DNA of 64,000 nucleotides from an uncultured Rivularia sp. (GTDB lineage Bacteria > Cyanobacteriota > Cyanobacteriia > Cyanobacteriales > Nostocaceae), in contig OY762007.1 of the NCBI GenBank assembly GCA_963665115.1, forward strand, positions 8,256,001 to 8,320,000. Direction: 5' to 3'. Shown here one piece after another: positions 55,226 through 64,000 of the stretch (the first letter of the stretch is position 1; the number at the start of each line of letters is the position of its first letter). Below the pieces are notes generated by a model. The model was given only the letters and a program-made list of their open reading frames with translations, did not search any database and was not told where the DNA came from. Position numbers and translations under genes: made by a program.

Positions 55226-56185
55226 ATGAATATTCAACGTTGGATTGCAAGACGAGAACCAAATTGGCAACGCTTGGATTCCTTGTTGAAAAGAATAGAA
55301 AAAGAAGGTTTGAAGTCTCTCGAAGCAAAGGAAATCGGGGAATTTGCAAGTTTGTATCGTTCTGTGGTTGCAGATTTAGCACGCGCTCGGACTCAAAATT
55401 TAGGCAACGCTCTGGTACAAAATTTACATACTTTAAAAACTCGTGCTTATAAGCAAATTAATAAAGGTTCGCGACGGCAAGAATATTTAGGAGTCGTAAA
55501 ATTCTATCGTTGGGGTTTACCTGCTATAGTGCAGCAGACTTTTTCTTATATTGCCTTGGCTACTGGTTTATTTGTGTTAGGGGTATTAATAGCTTGGTTG
55601 TGTATTTGGCAAGATCCAACCTTTATGTCGCGAGTAGTACCATCAAGAATTATTTCCAAAGTTCGCGAAGATGGTGAATTGTGGACGAGTTCGATTGTAG
55701 GCATTGAACCTCTGGTATGTTCTGGGATTACTATTAATAACTTGAAAGTATCTTTGGGTGCCGTTGCAGGTGGAATTACTGCCGGAGCATTCACTATTTA
55801 TATAATGGTATTTAATGGCTTATTAATTGGTGCAGTTGCAACTCTAGTAGGTCAAAATAATTTAGCTTATCCTTTTTGGGCCTTCGTATTTCCACATGGT
55901 TCCTTAGAATTACCCGCTATTCTTCTTGCTGGGGGTGCGGGATTATTAATTAGTAAATCTTTATTCTTTCCAGTCAAATATCGCCGTTTCGATGCGATTA
56001 AACTTCATGCCTCCCAAGCCATACAATTGGTATTTGGTATTGTACCGATGTTAATTATTGCCGGTATTATAGAAGGTTTTTTCTCTTCCAACCCAACTAT
56101 TCCCAACCCAATTAAATATTTAACTGGATTCTGTTTGTTCGCAATTTTGGTAATGTATTTCAGCCGGAAATCAGTAAGTAGTTAA
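55226..56185 (+). CDS. Stage II sporulation protein M (DUF95) family membrane protein
   Basis: LYR....DLARA, NNLKVS, NG...G, PHGSLEL, AGIIEGF. Confidence 0.88.
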   Translation: MNIQRWIARREPNWQRLDSLLKRIEKEGLKSLEAKEIGEFASLYRSVVADLARARTQNLGNALVQNLHTLKTRAYKQINKGSRRQEYLGVVKFYRWGLPAIVQQTFSYIALATGLFVLGVLIAWLCIWQDPTFMSRVVPSRIISKVREDGELWTSSIVGIEPLVCSGITINNLKVSLGAVAGGITAGAFTIYIMVFNGLLIGAVATLVGQNNLAYPFWAFVFPHGSLELPAILLAGGAGLLISKSLFFPVKYRRFDAIKLHASQAIQLVFGIVPMLIIAGIIEGFFSSNPTIPNPIKYLTGFCLFAILVMYFSRKSVSS

Positions 56186-56454
56186 CAATTATCAATTATC
56201 AGTTATCAATTATCAGTTATTGATTAATCCGGCGGTTGAAACCGCACGCCACTTGCTACAACGGGGGGAACCCCCGCAACGCAGTGGCTTATCTACACAG
56301 GCAAAACCTGCCTCCACAGGTAAAAAAAATCAGTCCACGCAGGTGGACTTTGTTTGTGTAGGCGCGGTTTCAACCGCCTGCCGATAACGACTCACTACTC
56401 CCAACTCCCTACTCACTACTCCCTACTCACTACTCCCAACTCCCTACTCACCGA

Positions 56455-57228
<774 letters not shown>

Positions 57229-57352
57229 TCAATATAATTTCATCATTTCAACCCGCTAAATATAATAGGCTGATTTGTACCGAGGAATTACGCCAATTTT
57301 GTTTTAGGATTTACCATAAAACTGCTGTCATTAGAAAAACGGGCTTTGTTAT

Positions 57353-57673
57353 ATGTCTACTAAAAAGGAATTCAACAGCTTTGAGGAAATGTTATCTGGT
57401 GCTGATGTACCAGTGTTGGTCGATTTCTACGCTGACTGGTGCGGACCTTGCCAAATGATGGCACCAATTTTAGACCAAGTTAATTCTCAACTCCAAGGGA
57501 AAATACGAGTTGTTAAAATTGATACAGAGAAATATCCTGCGCTAGCTTCTCAGTACCAGATTTATGCTCTCCCTACGTTGGTATTGTTTAAAGAAGGTAA
57601 GCCGGTAGATAAAATTGAAGGTGTAATGCAAGCACCACAATTAGTTCAACATCTGCAAGCATTTATGTCATAA
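57353..57673 (+). CDS. trxA: Thioredoxin (y-type-like)
   Basis: WCGPC active site. Confidence 0.9.
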   Translation: MSTKKEFNSFEEMLSGADVPVLVDFYADWCGPCQMMAPILDQVNSQLQGKIRVVKIDTEKYPALASQYQIYALPTLVLFKEGKPVDKIEGVMQAPQLVQHLQAFMS

Positions 57674-57708
57674 CCTCCGCAGAAGTTGTATTTGAAGGAA
57701 ATTAGTAA

Positions 57709-57927
57709 ATGGAAATTTCTACCAAAAGACAAGCACTGCTTAAAGCAATTCACGAGCGACTAAAGGAATCTTATGAGGATACTTTAGAAGATGTCTTAGA
57801 GCTTTTAGATACTCGTGCATCAGAAGATATTGAAGACATTAAAGCTATGCAAGAAAGTCGAGAAGATATAAAAAGGAATGGCTCTGTCTCTTGGGAGCAA
57901 GTTAAACAAGAAATAGCTAGTGAATAA
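57709..57927 (+). CDS. Putative antitoxin
   Basis: Small acidic protein ending in G.VSWEQVK; overlaps the toxin start. Confidence 0.75.
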   Translation: MEISTKRQALLKAIHERLKESYEDTLEDVLELLDTRASEDIEDIKAMQESREDIKRNGSVSWEQVKQEIASE

Positions 57928-58189
57928 ATATCAAGTCGAATTATCTAGGGCTGCATCTAAACAACTCAAAAAGTTGCCTGTAGAAGAACTAACGCGGGTA
58001 CAAGAAAAAATTGATGAATTAGCTGATAACCCCCGACCTGACGGAGTTGTTAAGTTAAAAGATTCAGAAGATAGTTATCGAATTAGAGCAGGTAGTTATC
58101 GAGTCTTGTACGATATTTTTGACGATGTTTTATTAGTCAGCGTTATAAGAATAGGTCATCGTAAAGATGTTTACCGCAATAAAAGTTAG
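57920..58189 (+). CDS. RelE/ParE family toxin
   Basis: A.KQLKKL, NPRP.G..KL, YRIR.G.YRV.Y, IGHRKDVY. Confidence 0.9.
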   Translation: MNKYQVELSRAASKQLKKLPVEELTRVQEKIDELADNPRPDGVVKLKDSEDSYRIRAGSYRVLYDIFDDVLLVSVIRIGHRKDVYRNKS

Positions 58190-58381
58190 TTACTAATACT
58201 TAGAAGCCGGTTTTTTTAAGCCGGTTTTTTTATAGAAAGAGGAGATGAGGAAGAAACTTTGACCGTTAACTTCCTACTCCCTACTCACTTAGTAACAGCG
58301 TTCACTAGAAAATACGGATCGAATAGTGTAAAAAAAGTTAATAGTAACAATAATCGGATGATATGCCGATGACGATATCTT

Positions 58382-58960
58382 ATGAGTAAGCGTGAAAGTC
58401 CGGTTGGATTGATTTTGATTCTATTAGCTACTTTCGGTCTTAGTGTTGCTGGTATTTGGTTAGCTTATCAGTTCGGGTTTGGTTCTCATTCTGATGTGGA
58501 ATATATTTATAAATATGATAATAAAATAACATCTACGACAGATGTATTCGATAAATTAGAACCAGTAATTAAAAATACTACTTTACCTAATCCCACTCCC
58601 AAAAGATTAAAGACAGCAGATGATATAGTTGAAAATCCGGTACAAACGCAAATTAAATTTTTGTTTGATTCCAACAAAATTACCAGCGAAGGTGTAGAAA
58701 AGTTAAATCAATTAAAAAAACAGATAGCAGAATTTGATTCTCAGATAGTTGGCGTGCGGATTTATTCTAGTTTTGGCGAGTCAGAGTTTAGTCAAGAAAT
58801 CGGAAGAGAGCGGGGTGAAGAAGTAGCCGGTTATTTACGTCATCTTGGCTTGAAAAATAAGATAGTAATTTCTAAAAGAAGCGCAAATCCTTCAGCAGAT
58901 AATCTTTCCTCTCAACAAAAACGCAATCAGCCATTAGTAGTTGAGTTGTATAAGCTTTAA
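58382..58960 (+). CDS. Membrane-anchored degenerate OmpA-like domain protein
   Basis: N-terminal TM; F.FDS..I......L..L, R...VA.YL...G, RN..V.V. Confidence 0.6.
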   Translation: MSKRESPVGLILILLATFGLSVAGIWLAYQFGFGSHSDVEYIYKYDNKITSTTDVFDKLEPVIKNTTLPNPTPKRLKTADDIVENPVQTQIKFLFDSNKITSEGVEKLNQLKKQIAEFDSQIVGVRIYSSFGESEFSQEIGRERGEEVAGYLRHLGLKNKIVISKRSANPSADNLSSQQKRNQPLVVELYKL

Positions 58961-59102
58961 TTGATAACTGGTAATTGGTAATTGGTAATTGGTAATAGAT
59001 GGTGCGTTACGGCATTATTTAAATGGTAACTTTTAGCCAAATTGATTTGTGCCGTAATACACCCTACAATTTGATAATTGATAATTGATAATTGATAATT
59101 GT

Positions 59103-60029
59103 TTATTGTCTTCTCACATTCAAACAACACCATTCTTTCCGCTTCCACAAAGTAGCAACCACCCAGCCGTTTTTCTCTAAAACGTCAGTAACGGCGTTGG
59201 ATTGTTCTAATAAAATACCGCTAAAAATGGCCCAAGTAGTAGGTTTAACAATCGCGCTCATGCCAGGAAGTATTTCCATTATTATGTCAGCCAAGATATT
59301 GCAGACGATACCATCTACTGGTTCTGTAATCAATTGCTGCATTACTTCTACACTGCCCTGGGCTACTGTCAAACGCTCGGTAGCAATTCCGTTAATTTCG
59401 CGGTTTTCTGTAGTTGCACCTACTGCTAATGAATCGGTATCTACTGCGTAGGCTTTTTTTGCTCCTAATAGTAATGCTCCGATAGAAAGGATACCGGAAC
59501 CACAGCCAATATCCGCAATTACCATATCGTGTTTTTTCTGTACGGAACCAACAAAAGATTCTGGAATATCGCTGAAGCGCATTTCTAATGATTCTAAACA
59601 AAGCTGAGTTGTAGCATGAGCGCCAGTACCAAACGCTACACCAGGATCGAGCTTTAAAATTATGCGTTCCGTACTTTCCGGAGCCGGTATCCAAGAAGGA
59701 TTGATTAAAAAGCGATCGCCAATTTCTTGAGGGTCCCAATGTTGTTTCCAGCTACTCGACCAATCTTCTTCATCAATTAGCTTCCACTGCAAAGAAGGTA
59801 AAGAAGTTTCAAAGCAAAGAGCATCTTGACGCAGCCACAGCGATAGTGCGGCTAAGTCTAATAAATGTGCTTGAGATTGCGGTAAATAAGCCTCTACGGA
59901 AACTAAGTTACCTTTTTTTTGACTGGCAGTTCCCCGACAGCCAAATTTCTCCAATCGCCAAAAGACCGAATCTTCAATCTCTGGAGAGCATAGGATTTGT
60001 AATTCCCACCAAGTTTTTGCCACGTTCAA
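59103..60029 (-). CDS. prmA: Ribosomal protein L11 methyltransferase
   Basis: EEDW...[30 protein letters not shown]. Confidence 0.95.
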   Translation of the reverse strand: MNVAKTWWELQILCSPEIEDSVFWRLEKFGCRGTASQKKGNLVSVEAYLPQSQAHLLDLAALSLWLRQDALCFETSLPSLQWKLIDEEDWSSSWKQHWDPQEIGDRFLINPSWIPAPESTERIILKLDPGVAFGTGAHATTQLCLESLEMRFSDIPESFVGSVQKKHDMVIADIGCGSGILSIGALLLGAKKAYAVDTDSLAVGATTENREINGIATERLTVAQGSVEVMQQLITEPVDGIVCNILADIIMEILPGMSAIVKPTTWAIFSGILLEQSNAVTDVLEKNGWVVATLWKRKEWCCLNVRRQ

Positions 60030-60230
60030 ATTCGTTAGGAGTTATGAGTTATGAATTAGGAGTTGGGAATTAAAAATTAGGAGTTAGTAACTAGAAGTTA
60101 TGAGTTGAAAGTCAGGATTCAGGAGTTAGGAATTAGGAAAACGAAATTTTTACTCCGAGCTTTTTTCTTATTTATTGCTGTTCACTTTCAATTATTAACT
60201 CCTAACTATTAACTCCTAACTATTAACTGT

Positions 60231-61811
60231 TTACAAAGTAACCGTATATGCGTCTCGAATGCCTGCGACTTTGGTAATCTCTTTCAAGATTCCGTCTGGT
60301 AATGGATCATCTATACTTATAACCATTACTGCATCACCGCGAACAATTTTACGTCCTACCTGCATACTGGCGATATTAACGTTAAAACTGCCGAGTAAAG
60401 AACCTATTTTACCGATAATTCCGGGCATATCGCGGTGTACGGTAAATAGCATATAACGATTTGGTGGTACGTTGATGGGAAAATTATCAAGGCTGGTAAT
60501 CCTAATTTCTCCACCACCCAATAAAGCACCAGTTACAGAATGAGTTCCTAAGTTACCCGTAGCTTCTAAATGCAGCGAACCGGCGTAATCTTTAACTGAA
60601 TCATCCCGCGTTTCAATGACGCGAATTCCTCTTTCTTTCGCTTCAATGTTGGCATTAACGTAATTTACTCTTTCGCGCAAAGCTTGATAAAGCAACCCTT
60701 TAAGAGAAGCAATAACTAAAGGCCGACTCTTGTTGGTTGCTAGCTCTCCTTGCAGGCTGACGTTAAGTACTTCTACTCTGCCACCGGCAAGCTGCCCTAC
60801 TAAGTTACCTAATGTTTCGGCTAGCTCCATATAAGGCTTAAGTTCTTCCAAGACATCAGGATTGAGTCCGGGAATATTTACCGCAGAGCGTGCTGGCAAT
60901 CCTAATAGTACATCGCGGATTTGTTCGGCTACGTCAATGGCAACGTTTACTTGTGCTTCAGCCGTCGATGCTCCCAAATGCGGTGTGAGAACAACTTCTT
61001 TTCCTAAAGCTTTTAAAGGAGATTCACCCAAAGGTTCGGATTCGTAAACATCCAATGCCGCGCCTTTGATTTTACCTTCCTTGAGGGCTGCTGCCAAAGC
61101 ATCCTCATCGATGATTCCACCGCGAGCGCAGTTGATAATGCGAGCGTTGGGTTTCATCTTCGCCAACATTTCGGCGTTAATTAAATGAGCGGTTTCTGGA
61201 GTTTTGGGAATATGCAGCGTGATGTAATCGGCTTGCTTAACCAATAAATCCATATCTACCAACTGAACACCCATCTGTTCGGCTCTTTCATTGGAAATAA
61301 AAGGATCGAAAGCCAGTAATTTCATTCCCATTGCTTTGGCAACATTAGCAACGTGAGAACCAATTTTACCTAAACCGACAATTCCTAAAGTTTTTTTATA
61401 AACCTCAGCTCCAACAAAAGTTTTGCGGTTCCACTCGCCGGATTTCACCGAAGCATTTGCATCGGCAATATTGCGAGACATAGCCATCATCATTGCCAAA
61501 GCGTGTTCGGCTGCGGCAATGGTATTACCTTCTGGAGAATTTACGACTACAATTCCTCGGCGCGTAGCTGCTGGTACGTCTACATTATCAACACCAACAC
61601 CAGCACGACCGATAATTTTTAGATTTGTAGCTGCTTCAATAATTTCCTGAGTAACGCGAGTACCCGAACGAATCATCAACGCATCATATTCACCAATGAT
61701 TTGCTGTAATTCTTCCGGTTTTAAATTTAATTTGACATCAACACTAGCAACTTGGGAAAGTATGTCAATCCCTGCTTGGTCAACTGAATCGGAAACTAGA
61801 ACCTTAGACAT
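60231..61811 (-). CDS. serA: D-3-phosphoglycerate dehydrogenase
   Basis: GRAGVGVDN, GLGKIG, NCARGG, TPHLGAST, C-terminal ACT domain. Confidence 0.97.
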   Translation of the reverse strand: MSKVLVSDSVDQAGIDILSQVASVDVKLNLKPEELQQIIGEYDALMIRSGTRVTQEIIEAATNLKIIGRAGVGVDNVDVPAATRRGIVVVNSPEGNTIAAAEHALAMMMAMSRNIADANASVKSGEWNRKTFVGAEVYKKTLGIVGLGKIGSHVANVAKAMGMKLLAFDPFISNERAEQMGVQLVDMDLLVKQADYITLHIPKTPETAHLINAEMLAKMKPNARIINCARGGIIDEDALAAALKEGKIKGAALDVYESEPLGESPLKALGKEVVLTPHLGASTAEAQVNVAIDVAEQIRDVLLGLPARSAVNIPGLNPDVLEELKPYMELAETLGNLVGQLAGGRVEVLNVSLQGELATNKSRPLVIASLKGLLYQALRERVNYVNANIEAKERGIRVIETRDDSVKDYAGSLHLEATGNLGTHSVTGALLGGGEIRITSLDNFPINVPPNRYMLFTVHRDMPGIIGKIGSLLGSFNVNIASMQVGRKIVRGDAVMVISIDDPLPDGILKEITKVAGIRDAYTVTL

Positions 61812-62527
61812 AACTGCTTATTTTAAAGCTTACTTGTTTTGTAGGGGAGAACTGTGGGTCTTAAAAATGCCAACAATAACGGCGATTCGTATACAAATTA
61901 CTATTTTCAATATCATCCCACGAGAATGACACGCCGACCTATACTATGACGCTTAGGAAAAAATTCCGCCGGTACCATGTGGCGTTTTTCTTATGCGTCA
62001 ACTATGCTGTTCGGACAGCGAATATATAATCCACCAATAACACGAATAGCGCCTACAATTCATCTATTTATTAAAAATTCAGAAAGCGAAAAATACTCGT
62101 TAGTTGCTTGATGTAACAGTATTTACTGCGTTAATTAATTTGCACTGCTACATTCAATTCAAAATAAGAATTAATTGTATAAATTTAAACTTAGATAGCT
62201 AGTAATCCAAATATGGAAAAATCTAAAATTTCTGTAAGCAATTATTAATTATCAAAATAGTATTTCACTACATAAATTATGAGGGGCAACACATTCGTAG
62301 TGCGAGCCGGAAAGCTCGCTGGTTATAACGAGGGAGCGAGACGCTCCCATTACATTTTTATTACCCTTTAAATTTAATGCGATCGAGTATTAGTGCTTTG
62401 TGCCATTAGCGCTCGATCGCCTAATAATTCCGAATTTATGAAGCGAGTACAACGCGCTAATAAGAACTCAGGATTAGTATATTTTTAACTCCTAATTCCC
62501 AACTCCTAACTTCTAACTGTTCGCTGT

Positions 62528-63295
62528 TTAAAACTTCCCTTCCCTAACTTCCTGACTAAAATCCCCTACAGCTTGAGTAATCGTCTCGCGTAAATTTGTA
62601 TAAACTTTGGCAAATGGTGGCTGCTTTTCAGAAAGTCCAAGTAAATCGGAAGTTAATAAAACTTGTCCATCACAATGAGAACCAGCACCAATACCAATAG
62701 TCGGAATGCTAACTTTTTGAGTAATTTCTAATGCTAAATCTGCGGGAATATGTTCTAAAATCATGGAAAAAACACCCGCTTGTTCCAAGGCGATTGCTTC
62801 TTGTAAAATCCTGTTTTTTGATTCTTCTGTTTTACCTTGTTGGCGCGTACCCATTTGGTTTATTGACTGTGGGGTTAAACCAACGTGTCCCATCACCGGA
62901 ATTCCCGCTTTTACCAAACGAGAAATAGTATCTATCATTTCCGGATATCCGCCTTCTAATTTGACAGCAGAAGCTCCCGTTTCTTTTAATACCCTACCCG
63001 CCGAATGCATCGCTTGTGTGACGCTTTCTTGATAAGTCATAAACGGTAAATCAACTACTATCAAAGCTTGCTTTACCCCACGTCTGACAGCTTTAGCATG
63101 GTATAGCATTTCTTCCAGAGAAATCGGTAAAGTATTTGGATAACCTAAAACCACAGCCATCGAGTCACCGACCAAAATTAAATCTACCCCACTCTCATCC
63201 AATAATTGAGCAATTGAATAATCCCAAGCAGTCAACGCTACAATCGGATGCTTTTCTTGTTTGTATTGAATTAACTTTCGGATATTAATAGGCAT
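62528..63295 (-). CDS. panB: 3-methyl-2-oxobutanoate hydroxymethyltransferase
   Basis: [35 protein letters not shown]. Confidence 0.96.
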   Translation of the reverse strand: MPINIRKLIQYKQEKHPIVALTAWDYSIAQLLDESGVDLILVGDSMAVVLGYPNTLPISLEEMLYHAKAVRRGVKQALIVVDLPFMTYQESVTQAMHSAGRVLKETGASAVKLEGGYPEMIDTISRLVKAGIPVMGHVGLTPQSINQMGTRQQGKTEESKNRILQEAIALEQAGVFSMILEHIPADLALEITQKVSIPTIGIGAGSHCDGQVLLTSDLLGLSEKQPPFAKVYTNLRETITQAVGDFSQEVREGKF

Positions 63296-63522
63296 TGAGG
63301 AATTGGTAATTGGTAATTGGTAATTGGTAATTGGTAATTGGGGATTGGGGATTGGGGATTGGGCATGGGGAATTAGGAGTAGTGAGTAGTGAGTAGCAAG
63401 TAAACTACCAATTCGTTCTTATTGTCGGTTCTTCAACGATCTATTCCCAAATTGTTACTCATTACTTTTTACTCTCTACTCTCTAGTTGCTACTTTAAGA
63501 ATGTCCCCCTCTCCCCATCTCC

Positions 63523-64000
63523 TTACTGCACTGCTCTAGTAAAAGCCAAATGCGGTTTCGCTCTTTCCATTTTTGGCATTAACCAAGCTAAACCTTCACT
63601 GGTTCCAATCCATAGTTTGTTGCCAACGTCGGGAGCTATAGAAATAATTCTACTGGAAGGAAGACCTGCTACCGTGTCTAAAATGGCTCCGGTATAAGGA
63701 TTTAATCGCATCAGCCCGTTATCGGTACCAACCCAAACGCTCTTATCATTAGCAAAACTTATAGATGTTACGTTGCGTCCCCGCAAGCGCGTTACAGAAC
63801 GTAATATTGCACCAGTCTTTGGGTTGATAACTAGTAAATTATTTGGTGTTCCTGCCCAAATTAGCCCTAAAGAATCAATAGCTAATGTTTGTACGGTGGT
63901 ACCCGGCAACTCTTTAATATGCTGCATCACAGTAGCTTTGGCGGTATTAATTCGCACCAAACCATCTAAAGTACCAACCCAAAGATGCCCTTGAGCGTCT
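63523..64000 (-). CDS. Beta-propeller (two-component regulator propeller-type) protein, C-terminal part; truncated by the window edge
   Basis: Repeated D..G.(L/I)W.GT..GL blades. Confidence 0.75.
   Translation of the reverse strand, partial: DAQGHLWVGTLDGLVRINTAKATVMQHIKELPGTTVQTLAIDSLGLIWAGTPNNLLVINPKTGAILRSVTRLRGRNVTSISFANDKSVWVGTDNGLMRLNPYTGAILDTVAGLPSSRIISIAPDVGNKLWIGTSEGLAWLMPKMERAKPHLAFTRAVQ

Overview
AT-rich chromosomal segment, most likely from a filamentous heterocyst-forming cyanobacterium (Nostocales, Rivularia/Calothrix-like). The assignment rests on roughly 20 HIP1 octamers (GCGATCGC), abundant 7-nt STRR tracts, and PAM68, GUN4-kinase and pentapeptide genes. Housekeeping genes include cobA, a sirB/cbiX chelatase, tyrA, aroF, rpsO, moeB, holA, fabG, trx, prmA, serA, panB and tRNA-His. 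Accessory blocks: (i) a stand-alone DEDDh exonuclease-P-loop ATPase fusion; (ii) a type I (EcoAI/IB-like) R-M operon downstream of tRNA-His, with two nuclease-fold genes wedged between hsdM and hsdS and a different palindromic element at nearly every gene junction; (iii) a His-motif GRDP/DUF1399-like gene divergent from a STAND (NB-ARC)-TPR gene; (iv) a HisKA_3/NarL two-component pair divergent from two Spy/CpxP genes sharing a promoter motif, followed by DUF1800-DUF1501; (v) a RelE-type toxin-antitoxin pair. Five conserved genes each carry one extra base in a short homopolymer, which looks like systematic sequencing/assembly error rather than pseudogenisation. No CRISPR array, rRNA, integrase or transposase was seen. 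All family assignments come from motif recognition by eye, without database searches.
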